A stretch of 64,000 nucleotides of DNA from Octopus vulgaris. Lineage: Eukaryota. This document shows positions 13,689 to 27,169 of this stretch, in pieces. The DNA is taken from positions 75,020,001-75,084,000 of the forward strand of contig OX597816.1 in NCBI GenBank assembly GCA_951406725.2, given 5' to 3'. The position numbers and the translations under genes were made by a program. The notes beneath the pieces were generated by a model. It saw only the letters and a program-made list of their open reading frames with translations, ran no database searches and had not been told where the DNA came from. Position 1 is the first letter of the stretch. Each line of letters starts with the position of its first letter.

Positions 13689-14859
13689 CTGAAATATACA
13701 TTTACACATTCATGGAGACCTACTGAGTCAAGAACGTCAACATCAAAATGAAAATCAAATGGAAATTGTAGGTGTGATACCCGTGCCGGTGGCATGTAAA
13801 AAGCACCATCCGAACATGGCTGATGCCAGCGCTGCCTGACTGGCATCCGTATCGGCGGCACATAAAAAGCACCAACCAATCGTGGCTGTTTGCCAGCCTC
13901 CCGGTGGCACGTAAAAAGCACCAACCGATTGTAGCCGTTTGCCAGCCTTCTCTGGCCCCTGTGCTGGTGGCACATAATATGCAACAACCAATCGTGGCCG
14001 TTTGCCAGCCTCCTCTGGCCCTTGTGCCAGTGGAATGTAAAAAGCACCCACTACACTCATGGAGTGGCTGGCATTAGGAAGGGCATCCAGCTGTAGAAAC
14101 ACTGCCAGATCAGACTGGAGCCTGGCGCAGCCTCCTGGCTCCCCAGACCCCGGTCGAACCATCCAACCCATGCTAGCATGGAAAACGGACGTTAAATGAT
14201 GATGATGACGCATGGTGTCACATAAAAGCACCCATGTCAGGTAAAAAGCATCTGTGTCAGTGTCACATAAAAAATTGCCCATGCCAGTGCAATATATGAA
14301 GCACCTGTGCCGGTGCTAGTGACATGTAAGGAGCACCCAGTACACTCTGTAAAATGGTTGGCGTTGTAAAATCCAGCTGTAGAAAGCTTGCCAAAACAGA
14401 TGACTGGAGACTGGTGCAGCCTTCTGACTTGCCAGCTCCTGTCAAACCATCCAACCCATGCCAGCATGGAAAGCAGACGTTAAATAATGTTGATGAAGAT
14501 GATGATGATGCATATCATCATCATTTTATGTCTGCTTTCCAGACAGAAAAACAGAAGATAGAATCAAGAGGCTTCAGAGTGAACTTAGTGAAGACTATGT
14601 TTTTAGGAGGTAGGAAAGAAGACAGAACTTTGCAACTCGTAAAGAAATGGCCATATTCAATATATAGAAGAGGAGTGTAAGAATTCACATTCTATACAGT
14701 GTACTCAATGTGAACTATAAATGCACAAGAGATGTGCTGGAATCACGGGCAATCTTACAGGGAAAAAACCCTTATTTGTGGAAGATGCACATGAGTAGTT
14801 AGTAATTGAGGCACAAGCAAACAAATTCCTTCTAATGCTGGGAAGGCTGCATAGAAGTA

Positions 14860-15602
14860 CTGTAAAAAAAAACATGTAATTTGCACACCTGTGCAATTTA
14901 CACAGGTGATTTTTAGGATAAAATTTGTTAAAAAAAATTTCTACTCATGTAAAATTCACACTGAAGAGTTTTCAGAATTGCCGGTATGACCAAGGGGAAA
15001 AGGTTGTCAATTTAGTTGTATTCAGTATAATTTCACTTATGATTTGATCGTATTAAATTTTCATTAAATAAAAATAATTTCTGTTTAAACAGGTATCACA
15101 TTAAAAGTTATTAAATTACAAAGTGTTTGTGATGTTTATCATAAACTTTATTTTACATCACTTGCCCACAAGAGATTATGTCTGATCCTTAGCATACTGC
15201 TTTGCCTCTTCTCAAATCATGATCACAGGAAAAGTTGTTGATAAGAATTATCAACAAAAACAAAGCTGATAAATATGCACAGGTGTTGCAAATTAAGTTT
15301 AATTACCAATAAACATTAATGGTTTTAGTAAACTTATACAGAAAAAGTAAGAATTGTACCGTCCAGCATAAATAAAAGTCAACTTCATTATATTTAAACG
15401 CTTGCTTTTTCAGTAAAAGCCTATTCTGACATTAAATGAGTCAACTTCTGGTACAAATGTTTACATTTTATACATTCTTTTTTCAACAAAAAAAAATTTC
15501 TAAAAACATTCTGGAAACGATCTACTCATGTAATTTACACACCCCTTAGTTTATCTTTATTTTTGAAAAAAAAAATACATAAATTACATGGATTTTTACT
15601 GT
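14860..15602. mobile_element. Non-autonomous TA-flanked DNA transposon (Tigger-like MITE)
   Basis: Imperfect TIRs 'ctgtaaaaa..catgtaattt' and 'aaattacatg..tttttactg', flanked by TA. Confidence 0.55.
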
Positions 15603-15777
15603 AATTTCAGAAGCCCTTACAAAAATTGAATGGCTGTTGCTCTTACCTCTTCAGACTAAGCCAGAAAAAAATGGACATTGAAAGTTCTTAACAAAATTTG
15701 AGCCTAAAACATTGATATTCTAAACAACAAAATAATTAAAATTCTAAAGAGATAGGAAAATCTAAATGCAAACTTAC

Positions 15778-15886
15778 AGTATTTGTTTATGAATCCTTTA
15801 AACATCTTAAAATGGGTGGCCAACTGACAAAGACGATTCAGAGCTTTTTCCTCAGCAGAATGTAAAAAGGGAAGTCCTTTTTGAAC
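15778..15886 (-). CDS. TUBGCP4: TUBGCP4 exon 2 (VQKGLPFLHSAEEKALNRLCQLATHFKMFKGFINKY)
   Basis: tag| acceptor, |gtaag donor. Matches the GCP4 'PFLHPSE..LNRLC' motif. Phase 0 to 1. Confidence 0.92.
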
Positions 15887-16124
15887 CTATAATATAGAAA
15901 TAATTTCACATCATTTTATCTTTCATTTATTTCAGTCATTTGACTGTAGCCATGGTAGGGCACCACCTTGAAGAAGTTTTACTTGAATGAATCAACCTTA
16001 GTGCTTTATTTTTAAAGCCTCGTACTTATTCTATCAGTAACTTTACCAGATGATTTACAGGGATGTAAATGCACCAACACCGGTTGTCAAGCAGTGGGGA
16101 GGGGAGACAAACACAGACATAAAG

Positions 16125-16167
<43 letters not shown>

Positions 16168-17091
16168 AAATGGGACAGGAACGCAAAACATCCAAACAGT
16201 TAAGTGATACAAAAATGGGACAACAAAAAATCCAGATAGACAATACAAAGAAAACAAGGATGGGTCATTCGAAGTTTTCTTTCCTCAGTCAAGTACCAGA
16301 TTATCTTCATAATTTTGTCTGATTATACTTGATATTGCTCCAATCTGGCCAGCCCCAAGGAAAAACTAAGCTAAGAGCATTAGATTCCTTGGAAGAAAGC
16401 AGCAAATGTATACAAAAACAAAGACAGAAAACGGACAATGTTACACAAATACGATAAAAAAAATAACAGGACATAACAACAGGTGTCTTTTGACTAAGGA
16501 CAAATTAAATTAAGCTGGCATGTGTGGAAATGAAGCCTTATGGCAGGAATACAAGATTTCACAAACACAAGCAGGAATATTGATGTTGCACGGACAACAG
16601 CTAGACCAAAAAAGATATATATAGGTAAGTAGAGTTAGCAGTTGGAATAACCATTTAAGTGATAAGAATATCCATTCTTACTACCGGTATCATTTACCTA
16701 TGTTATTGTTGGGCATGAGTATGCAAGCACACTACACTCATATGGTACAGGTAATAACAGAATAAACAAAAGTTTGATTTCTGCTTATTTAAATTATATA
16801 TATAGAGAGAGAGAGAGAGGCACAGTGGACTTGTGGTCGAGGGTTCAAATCTTCAACCGGGCTATGTGTGCGTTTATGGGCGAAACACCTAAGCTCCATG
16901 CAGCTCCGGCAGAAGGTAATGACAAACTTCTGCTGACTCTTTCGCCACAACTTTCTTTCACTCTTTCCTCCTGCATCTTACAGCTCACCTGCGATGGACT
17001 GGTGTCCCATCCAGGTGGGGTATCCATACGCCACAAAAACCCGGAAACCGGCCCTTATGAGCCAGGCATGGCTCAAGAAGGAACAAACAAC

Positions 17092-17138
<47 letters not shown>

Positions 17139-19899
17139 GAGTTACTAGTGAGGGGTTATCAATATGGGCAAAATACTTCAGAAGCTCTCTGTTTGTACTC
17201 CATGCCAACAATATTATTTAGATTAGTGAAGAACTCCAGGTGATCTTAGCCAGCCCTTCAATTCTCTACCTGTTATAACCAGAAATGGCTCTGATGAAAG
17301 TAGCATCAATTTTCTTAAGTCATTCAATTTTTCTCAATTGATCAGTAATGTACCTATAATGACTACTAGAAACAACTGTAAGCCATATTTGCTCCAATAA
17401 AGGAAAAATATGTAATGAACATTATTTTAAACTTTATAGATATCATCAGATATATATGCGTGTGTATACATACATACACAACAGGCTTCTTTCAGTTTCT
17501 GTCTACCAAATCCATTCACAAGGCTTACCCAAGGTGCCACGCAGTGGAATTGAACCCGGAACCATGTTTGGGAAGCTTCTAACCACACAGCAGTGGAATT
17601 GAACCCGGAACCATGTGCTTGGGAAGCAAGCTTCTAACCACACAGCCACGCCTGTATCTGTTTTCTTTTTGTGTTGGAATGATTAGGTAGTCTGTTCCAG
17701 TACAGTGACTTGCCATGGGCATTCACTATCTCATGCACAATAAGAAATTTTTATCGTTGGGTATGTTACAAGATTTTTACAACTGGATACCCTTCCTAGC
17801 CAATCGATCTATAGCATGGACTAGGTATATTTTATAATGGCAAGGGTTCCAGTGATGTTGTCTGAGGCAGTACTAACAAGTCTCCCCCATACACTTATGT
17901 CATGTATCATTTGGCTGAGGTTAGAATTATCTACAAAAGTTTGAGACAAAAACATATGCATTTCAACAAAAGTAAACGTGACGGTGCCACATAAAAGCAA
18001 CCGTGCTGCGTCACGCAAAAGCACCCAGCACACTCTGTAAAGTGTTTAGCGTTAGAAAGGGCATTAAGCCATAGAAACTATGCCAAACCAGCCGGGACTC
18101 TGGTGCAGCCCGTCACCATCCAGCTTGCCAGCTCTTGTCACACCATCCAACCTATCCCAGTATGGACAACGGACGTTAAATGATGATTATAGAAGTTATA
18201 TGACTCTTTTACCTGGTCCTAACCACTAAGCCGTGACCATGTTGGGATGCCACTTTGTCTGGTTGGTTGGTTAACAGCTTACCTATTTCTTTACTACCCA
18301 CAAGAGGGGACAAACAAGGACAGACAAACGGATTAAGTCGAATACATCGACCCCGAAAGGATGAAAGGCAAAGTCAACCTCGGCAGATTTTGAGCTCAGA
18401 ACGTAGTGGCAGACGAAATACTGCTAAACATTTCGCCCGGCGTGCTAACGATTCTGCCAGCTCCTGCTCGGTTACAGGGACTGTCAGGCAAAGCATTATC
18501 GTATCAAACCCAGTTACAAGGCTGAGGTTCCCATTAATGCCACAAGAATTTCATTAAAAAAAACATCTAACCCTTTCATTACCATATTGTTGAAATAAAC
18601 TACCTTCGTTTTAATTAACTTTAAAAATAAAGAAGAATTTAGTCAAATAACTTTGCCATTATTTTGAAACTAATATGAAACTTTGATAGAATGTTTAAAA
18701 TTAAATCAGTTTCAAAGTTTGTCTCAGTCCCAGAGGATAGTCTCAAGCAGGTCGGTATCAAAAGAGGTAACCTTTTTTTGATACCAACATTTCTTATTGT
18801 TACGAAATAGTGTTAACTTTATTAGTTTCACATTTCATATTTGCAAACGAAAATACAAGAAAGCATATCGACTGTCCATCCACAAGTTGAAAAAAGTTAT
18901 GATGCCCCCAGGTTAGTCCTGATGAAGGAAACTTATGGTACGCTAACAGGCGGTATTCAAGTTTAAGTACCCTATATAACATAACCTCTTATAACCTTAT
19001 TTTTGGGGAATTTTCAAAAACGTTTTGCAAATTTGTATCCTACACACAAAAATCCAGTTATGCAAAAAAAAAATTTTTTAATTTTTTTTAAATCCCATCC
19101 TTGAAAATTCCAAAAAGTAAAAAAGTTATGAGAAGTTATATGGGATGCTTAAACCAGAATTCCGTCCGTTAATAAGCAGCCGAACGACAAACACAATCCA
19201 AAGCTATGGGAATATGTACTTTTGTTCCTTTGACGACGATACTGGACATTCTGAGACCTGAAGTGGTGAATGCCGTTGCTACGTAACCCCAGGTCAGCAG
19301 GGATCGAACCGATCTTTGTCAGGTTCGAAATCGGCCAAGCAAGAGCCACGGGTCTATTAGTTTCAGATATACCATATGTGTCTAGTTGATCACTATTTGG
19401 TACATTCTGACATGGAATTGTTTGGTAAATGTATGTTATACAGTGTATCAGCCTTATAATGTTGTACCTTCTTCGCGACATAAGTCTATTTCTGTTATTT
19501 TAAATGCTGTACAATCAGAGTAGATTTCGGGCTAAACAAAAAAAAAAGTCATTGACAAAAATCTTAAAATTATGCAAATATATAACACTTGTCACAAAAG
19601 TAAACATTTCGTTGCCAGGATTTCTCATTTCACTTCATTTATGGCAAGTGGATAATCTTTTACTTTTCCCTCTATTACAATGAACTGTTAAGAGACACGC
19701 CTAAATTCTTAGACAATTATAGCTGTACAACCCATGATCAAAGACAAACTAGCTATGACCATCTAATCATTTCCTTCTTTAAGAAGATAGGGTGAGATTT
19801 TAAAGACATTTGGCTGGTATTTTCAGTATTTCCACAAAGACTACTTTCAGTTTGTCCTGATATAAGTTCAATAAGAAAGGAAATTGTGATATAGTGTAC

Positions 19900-19974
19900 C
19901 TGTATTTTATCACCATTATCGACAAATATGTTTCCCGGGTAACCGGATAAGGCGAATAAAAGTTCATGTAACAT
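19900..19974 (-). CDS. TUBGCP4: Gamma-tubulin complex component 4, coding exon 1 (MLHELLFALSGYPGNIFVDNGDKIQ)
   Basis: ATG at 19974. Translation resembles the GCP4 N-terminus (MIHELLLALSGYPG in human). Ends CAG|GT, phase 0. Confidence 0.93.
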
Positions 19975-20431
19975 TTCTCCGATTATGTACAATATATCAT
20001 ATACACAAATCGAATCAACAACATATACAAATCAAATATACAAATCGAATTGACAACATTGATTTCCCGTCATTTGAAAACAATTTGGCGCGGGTCAAAG
20101 AAATTGAATGTAAGAGTTCTCTCCCGTTATTAGTTTCGATTTTCGCCGTATGATGTCACTGTTAAATACACAGGTACTTACGCCAACAAAATAAACCGGA
20201 GCAAAAATAATCAATTTTACATTATTTACTTTAGTTTTTCAAATTAATAATCAAATATTTGAACTTTGAAATATAAATTCTTTGTTATACGATTAAAAAT
20301 CCTTCAATAAAGTCAGTAATTTTATTTTTACGACACGAGCGGATGAATACAAAACCTCAGCTTGGTTATGAGTTTTATAATGAGTTCCCATCTTCCTCTT
20401 TTCTAATTAGGACTACTCCAAGTCACCAGCT
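19975..20431. promoter_or_regulatory. Compact bidirectional promoter/5' UTR region shared by TUBGCP4 and RPL4
   Basis: Divergent start codons at 19974 (-) and 20432 (+). Locally richer in CpG than the surrounding introns. Confidence 0.75.
20391..20404 (+). promoter_or_regulatory. TCT initiator / 5'TOP pyrimidine tract of RPL4
   Basis: TCTTCCTCTTTTCT about 30-40 nt upstream of the RPL4 ATG, typical of metazoan ribosomal protein transcription starts. Confidence 0.75.
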
Positions 20432-20443
20432 ATGTCGAAGGCG
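20432..20443 (+). CDS. RPL4: 60S ribosomal protein L4 (uL4), coding exon 1 (MSKA)
   Basis: ATG just after the TOP tract, followed by a strong GCG|GTAAGT donor. Phase 0 joins exon 2. Confidence 0.85.
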
Positions 20444-22151
20444 GTAAGTGTTTCACGAGATATTATCCAATTTTAAAGCAACCAAATAATTTCAGACTTT
20501 GATTATTTCATTAAAGTTGACATCTATCGCTAATTGTTATTCATTCTGCGACTAATCAGATTAATATTTACTGTTTTTGATGTTAATTTGTCGGACTATT
20601 GCCCTCGCTCGCTGCAGCAATATGGCGATTCTCTCCAGAAAGACCCACGTGAAGCCAGAAATTGCTTTCAGTTTTTGTCTACATTTGATATTTTTTTTTT
20701 CATATTCCTTTAATATCAAACTGTGGGTTATAATTTAAATGTTATCTCGATTACTAATATCATTTTTTAGAAAGTAATTCCTTATGTAAATTACTTAGTC
20801 CGCCTTCTAAATAATATATTTTCTGTAACACGTGTCATTTAATTGGAATTATTTTAGTACTGTTCTTTAGTAATGCATGCTGAAGCGCTTTTTAGAAAGA
20901 ATTAGAATAATTGAAAGTGTTGTAGAATACAATTTAATTAGTATTTAAAATAAGTTTTTGACGGCTTTAGACCAGACTTTATTGAAGCCGGTCGATCGAC
21001 TTAGCATCGAGTCATTTTCTACCCTGTTGAAATAAAGCAAGGATAGATTTACCAGAATCGCCTAGATGTAGAAAATGCTTGAATTGTCATAAGCTGGAGG
21101 ACATTTGATCATAGTTTTGTTTGAATATGATGATGTGAGACTAATAAACTTATTCTGATTTCAAAATGCTTGGCTTTTAATGAAAACCTTATAACTTCCA
21201 CGTTTTGTGATATGGATATTAAGGGTTTAAGTTTGGTATTTTTAGACTGCTTATCGTAGTGGTAGCTTTAGTTTATGACGATTTGTCTTTGATAAGGCGT
21301 AAGTGATGGTTTATAAGCATGGAAGTTGTGCTGGATCGAGCAAGGGGTTACCTTTACATAAAACGGTTACGTAGAGTTCCTCGTTGGTTTTATATAATTG
21401 TGCTTCTCTGTCAGCTTTGAACCAGCATGCATATATGGAGGGCTATTATTGAGTCGGGGTTTCTTTTCCCCTCGGCAGGGTGTGATGTGAGGGAGATTTG
21501 CCTGCCATTTCTAGCAGTTATTGCTTCGTCGTTCACTGTTTAGATTGAAATGGGATGATCGGTGGGTTACACTCATATAATGCCGACAAATGATGATTTG
21601 CAACTACAAATTCCTATGGTTGCTTTTTATGAATCTAGGTCTTGCTTGGCACGCGATAAATGGATTGGGCGCTGAGTTAAATGGAACTACATGAAATTCA
21701 TCTCTTCCACCGGGTTCAAATTATTAAATCCAGCGAAAGCTTATAAACAATTATATATTTTGCATTTTAATACGTGACACAACTTCGGGAGTCGCTCTAA
21801 TATATATATATAAGAAAATAGAGAGGTAATTGATAAGTTATTTATTAATTAAAAAAAATTTACAAACGTCTCTTACAACTATATGATAGATCGTTAGCCA
21901 CTACACATTTTTTCTCCTTGTTTTTTTCTGTCCCTTTTTGTAGAAGAGCGTAGGCTCGAAACGTAAAAGCCTTTTTTTTTTTTTTATTCCTGAGCGTTAT
22001 ACTAATACATCTGTTTGTTTTATACATCACTTGTCTTCGTCTTTTGTTTTTTTTCGTAAACTCTCCCTATATATATATGTATATATACACGCGCACACAT
22101 TTATCATTACTGTTGAATTGGTTGTAAGCTATCTATTATTTATATTTTCAG

Positions 22152-22320
22152 GCAATCCGCCCGCTTGTGTCGGTCTACAATGATAAGGGTGAGTCTACGT
22201 CCTCCAACGTGAAAATGCCGGCTGTTTTCAGTGCCCCTATTCGGCCTGATATTGTCAGCTTCGTGCATGACCAGATGATGAAGAACTCTCGTCATCCTTA
22301 TGCTGTCTCTAAATATGCAG
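22152..22320 (+). CDS. RPL4: RPL4 exon 2 ([14 protein letters not shown]...[18 protein letters not shown]...HPYAVSKYA)
   Basis: Hallmark uL4 motifs. ttttcag| and |gtatg. Confidence 0.97.
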
Positions 22321-22409
22321 GTATGTTATTATTATTATTGCTTGTTTTACCTTCCAATCTGTTCTGTATTAAGGCTGATTTTCATATCTCAATCTGTTTT
22401 ATATTCCAG

Positions 22410-22655
22410 GTCATCAGACTTCTGCTGAGTCTTGGGGTACCGGTCGTGCTGTCGCTCGTATTCCTCGTGTACGCGGTGGTGGTACTCACAGATCGGGTCA
22501 GGGTGCATTCGGTAACATGTGCCGTGGTGGTCGTATGTTCGCTCCTACCAAAGTTTGGAGGCGCTGGCATAGAAAGATAAACGTCAATCAGAAGAGGTAC
22601 GCTATGTGTTCTGCTGTTGCTGCTAGCGGTATCACTTCTTTGGTTCAGTCGAAGG
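22410..22655 (+). CDS. RPL4: RPL4 exon 3 ([48 protein letters not shown]...)
   Basis: Near-invariant uL4 loop sequence with canonical splice sites. Confidence 0.98.
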
Positions 22656-22766
22656 GTAAGTGTTAAGTATCCTTTTCTATGTATTCCATGCGGGTAATAA
22701 TAAAAAAAGCACTAGGCTGTGTCTCATTTTTGTTTGCCCACTCAGTTGTATCTATCAACTTACCTT

Positions 22767-22797
<31 letters not shown>

Positions 22798-24173
22798 GTA
22801 ACACCCTAATGGGATCCTTAACTCCCAAATTTTAGTCATTTCTTTTATGATCCAAAACTAGGTCAAAAGTACTGAATTGATCTTTATGAAATTTGGAAAT
22901 TATATTCTATGCATAAGGGCCATAACCCCCATGACAATTCATATATTTTTGCTGTTGATGAAATTTTAACCCTAGATATTAGACACAAGTGAAGTAATAT
23001 TTTTAAAATTTCATCTTACAACTTAGAAAGACCCCTCCATGGGGACTTAACACCCACAATTTTGTCATTTTATCTAAGCAAAAACGATTACAGTTGTGGT
23101 CTTGGAAGCTGTAGGGTTACCTGAGCATAAAATTTGAGCATTATTTCTAATTCAATGGTCCAACAGTTTGCTTTGACATACACTTACATTGATTTCTGCA
23201 ATGTGGTGCATAAATTGTCAAGTAAATGAGGGGCATCTTTGCCTCCACTGATTCAGTTGCAAAGTGTTGAGTAATGTTATTTGATTGCCGACCTCCTTTC
23301 AGTCTTTTTATCATCACTCAGTTACAGAGTCCCCAGATGGTAACATTGATTTCAAGGCCTTCCCAGATGAGCGACTGGTTATTCAAAGACATTTATAGAT
23401 TATAAATTTATTCTGTCCAGTTACGTATCAGTATAGTGGTCATTTGCAAACTCCAGGGGTGACACTTTCATTTCTCCTTAGCCCTCACGTCGCACAGTTA
23501 ATATTTATTTCAGTTGGGTCACGCCCTTCCAATTGCTATAGATTCCTAATGCATCTTATGGCTCTACCTGTCACCTACATTGGGAGTGGTAACGACTAGG
23601 GTAGGGTAGCTGACTGCTTATTGTGATCATTCGTCTTTTGGTTTCCTGTAGCTTTGCTCTCTTTTACAAACCCAATGAACATATATTTCCAATTTCAAAG
23701 AAATTCAAACAATAGATATAAGACCGAAGTTAAAAAGATTCTCAACAATTCAACTTCTCTGGTTGACATTAAGATGTCCACTCCCAATAGGGGCCTTAAC
23801 TCTCACATTTTAGAGCTCCATGACCATCATTTTTTTCAGGAGCAAAATTTGTTTAACAGGTTCAATAAGACTGGTATTTTGGAATATGCGCATAAAAGTC
23901 AGTAGTGTGGGGTACATGTGACACGATTACAATTTTTTAGGGTGTGTAAAGAGGGAAATAACCTCATGCAATTTTGATGAAATTCGAAACATAGCTATTC
24001 CAGTTCATTACAGAAAGGTCTAATTCTTCAATTGTATGTAACACAGGCAATGCCAGGTATCTCTGCTAGTCTGCTATATAAGTATGGGATATGATAGGGC
24101 ATTGTTCTTACATGAATTTAGTGCTGTTGACATAGTATTATCTTAAATGGCTATTTTTGCATATTTGTTTTAG

Positions 24174-24298
24174 GTCATCAAATTCAAGAGGTTCCTGAAA
24201 TTCCATTGGTGATCACTGATAAAGTGCAGGAGTACAAGAAGACTAAGGATGCTGTAACTTTGTTGAGGCGTTTGAAGGCTTGGAATGACATTGAAAAG
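24174..24298 (+). CDS. RPL4: RPL4 exon 4 ([28 protein letters not shown]...AWNDIEK)
   Basis: Homology and consistent splice phase. Confidence 0.97.
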
Positions 24299-24439
24299 GT
24301 TTGTAAATGGTTTCATATTCGGTCTCATTGACAGCAATGATGCCTCTTTTGCTTTGTGTCGGTAGTTTGTTACTAATTTCAAGTATTGCTGAATAGTTGG
24401 ATTTCATTGTCCTTGATTTTATTCATCTTTTTCTTTCAG

Positions 24440-24569
24440 GTATATAAATCCAAGCGCTTCAGAGCTGGGAAGGGTAAAATGAGAAACCGTCGCAGGATTA
24501 TGCGTAAAGGACCAGTTCTTATCTATGAGAAGGACAATGGAATTGTGAGGGCTTTCCGTAACATTCCTG
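24440..24569 (+). CDS. RPL4: RPL4 exon 5 ([18 protein letters not shown]...RAFRNIP)
   Basis: [11 protein letters not shown] motif with canonical splice sites. Confidence 0.97.
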
Positions 24570-25388
24570 GTAAGTTGACATTTTACAAGAGTTGTAATCT
24601 GTGCCTGCTCTCTATCTCTCTGTAAATGTAGCATGTTGAGATGAACTTAATATATACAAATGGTTAGAAGGACTTACTGACCACTATCTCTTCCTAACTG
24701 GGCAACAAACTATAAAGATACTTAGCTAAGAAGATGCTACTGTATTTGGAGAGGCTCTTCCTATTGCAAAGAAATGGTTTTATATTCAGTCTGTGTTCTT
24801 AACAGTAATGATATTGATTCAATATCCTGATCTTAGCATTCTTCCTCACAAAACCATGTCGGTGGTGTCCTTTTGGTGATCACCAGAATTGTGAGAACCA
24901 TATGTCCTGGATGTAATTATCAGCAAAGAATTTAGCATAGGGGTAGGTGTCTATCCAGGTTCAGTTGTAGGGTTTTTTCATTATAGTTTTCTAGGCCCTG
25001 GTAAGTCTTTAACACTGACTTGGTCACTAATTGCCCTGAGTTTTCTCGGCAAATGTGGTGTAATGTTGCATGATACTGGTGCTGGAGTGTGTGGAGGAAA
25101 CTTTCTCTGCAGAAGTTGAAATTGTATGAACATGTGATTGTTTGATAAAGGCATGCCAATTGATATATGCGGGGATGGCCTGAGAGTTACAGAAAGCAAT
25201 GGTAAAGCCTATTCTCGTCAGGTTGTGCCTTGCAGTAAGTGTAAAGTCATTATGCAATTGTACTAGCATAAATAAGAAAGTTGATATTGTGGTGGGGAGG
25301 GGTTCGTTCTTTTGTAATACTTGACTGAGCAATATAATCTAGTTAGTACCACTAATTGCATGACCTATATTATGATTTGTCTTTCTAG

Positions 25389-25545
25389 GTATTACAACGC
25401 TTAATGTGAAGCATCTGAACCTCAGGAAAGTTGCCCCTGGTGGTCATGTGGGTCGGTTCTGTATATGGACAGAATCTGCCTTTAGGAGGCTTGATAGCAT
25501 CTACGGAACATGGACAACTCCGTCTAAGGAAAAGGTTGATTACAA
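25389..25545 (+). CDS. RPL4: RPL4 exon 6 ([32 protein letters not shown]...KVDY)
   Basis: [17 protein letters not shown] motif. Phase 1 to 2. Confidence 0.97.
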
Positions 25546-26298
25546 GTAAGTACTGTTAGCAGGCTTTCTCTTTTCAACTGTAGTTGTTGGTGAGGGCTGG
25601 GCAGCATTCATATTTTGGGGTTGTATATGGTTCATTCCATTGCAGGTTTTCAAGTAGGTCTCTAGTCTAATAAATTTCATACTGGTAATGGTGTCCTTCC
25701 TCTTGACCCAAAGTTGTTAAACTTTTTGATGAGCAGATGGTTGGCCATAAACGTACAAGACAGTTGTTTTTGTTTGTTTGTTTCTTTTATTGCCTGTTAC
25801 ATAATAAAAAAATGAAATAAGACTATCAATGTATGTTTCAATACTGAAATTTTATACATCATGTGTTTGCTGTTGTCAATTGGATGGATGAAATGAGGCC
25901 ACTATCTGTGGCCTGCCAACACTTTCTCTTGACTGAGTGATGAATAAAGTGTTATTTTGCTTGGCTAAGAATTCTAGTTAATTCATTTCAAAAACTTTAC
26001 GTAAGGGTGGTTAAATGTTGTATGACATGAGGATTATTTTCTCAATTTGTGCTGCAGATTGTGAAGTCACAGGAGCACATAAGCCTGCCGTATCTGGTCA
26101 AAATACTTTTTCACACTGACCACATCCTGCAATATCACTATAGGAAGAATGTTTCTTCCATTAGTGGTAGCTTTGATGTAGCTATTTAAGAGTACTCATT
26201 CATAGGTGGAAATTATTTCCTCTTAATCATTATTATTGATTGATCTGCACTTCATTGTTTGAAATTGTACTGACTAGATGTTGGTTTTAATTTTTCAG

Positions 26299-26382
26299 TC
26301 TCCCAATGCCAAAGATGTCCAATTCGGATTTGACAAGAATTTTGAAGAGCCAAGAAGTTCAGTCTGTGTTGAGATCACCACT
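26299..26382 (+). CDS. RPL4: RPL4 exon 7 (NLPMPKMSNSDLTRILKSQEVQSVLRSP)
   Basis: Homology. tttcag| and |gtaagt. Phase 2 to 2. Confidence 0.96.
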
Positions 26383-26558
26383 GTAAGTTTTTTTTTATAT
26401 GATTTGCTTTTTCGGAGTAAAGGGTCCTGTGTCTTTTGGTGTGATTCATCCTATTTTTAATATTTAATCCTGCTTTATTTAGCGTTTGAAGGAATTTGGT
26501 TGCTGTTGTAGTTGAAAGGTGTTTGTACCAGTTTCAATGTCCTTCGATATGTTTTGAT

Positions 26559-26633
26559 GCAAAGGAATGATGATTCTATATTGGTCCGTGTTGTTGAAAG
26601 CAATGATAGTGTTTGCAATATACTGACCTTTGC
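26559..26633 (+). ncRNA. SNORD18: Box C/D snoRNA U18 (SNORD18) copy 1 (D' variant TTGA)
   Basis: GCAAAGG stem, C box ATGATGA, guide TTGGTCCGTGTT (antisense to 28S AACACGGACCAA), D' TTGA, C' ATGATAG, D CTGA, CCTTTGC stem. RPL4 is the known vertebrate U18 host gene. Confidence 0.85.
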
Positions 26634-27169
26634 TTATCTAAAGATCTGTAACTTAATTTCCCTTAGAGTTCGATTAGTCAGGCTGGCTGTGCAGGTGGTT
26701 TTCAGTGTGTTATAATTTGCATGTATGTATTCTATTATAATTGCAAAACAGAATCACGGAGAAATCAGTGTAAGGTTAAATAATAAACTGCAATTGTAAA
26801 GAAATAGAGCAAGCACGATCTGCTGAATGTGATGAGATCAGAAATCAGTTGGGTGGGGTGGTTAAGTAATTAGATTTAATGAGGCTCCAGTGTGTGTGGA
26901 TCAAAGTGCAGTAGAGAAGGGGGGGGGCTGAGCATTGGATCTCACGAAGGAATGTGGTAAATAGTAAAATACTGTTAAAGAAGTCCTGCGCAGGCATGGG
27001 AAAACAGGTCTGGCCAAGCTTGGAGTCATTATTGTAATGAAGTTTCGCTCTTTGATGGGCTAACGTGTGATGAAGGAAAACCATTTGTCAGTTATGGGTT
27101 TGTGTAATTTCATTTTGGTATGGATAAGCTTGATAACTAAGTGGTTGGAGTCTTGAAGCAATTAATCTT

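Noticed and set aside
19280-19350. tRNA-like B box (GGTTCGATCCC on the minus strand)
   Set aside because: No cloverleaf could be formed; likely a SINE relic.
21127-21158. ATGATGA...CTGA in RPL4 intron 1
   Set aside because: Only ~32 nt between the boxes, too short for a C/D snoRNA, and no recognisable guide.
21590-21675. Candidate C/D snoRNA (possible U16) in RPL4 intron 1
   Set aside because: C and D boxes are present, but there is no convincing terminal stem and the U16 guide GTAATTTGCG is absent. A snoscan run would be needed.
24046-24070. Helitron-like 3' end (ggcaatgcc hairpin plus CTAG|T) in RPL4 intron 3
   Set aside because: The hairpin is imperfect and no 5' end could be defined; too weak to call.
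24840-26125. Hairpins in RPL4 introns 5-6 suggestive of H/ACA snoRNAs
   Set aside because: H and ACA boxes could not be placed at canonical spacing by eye.
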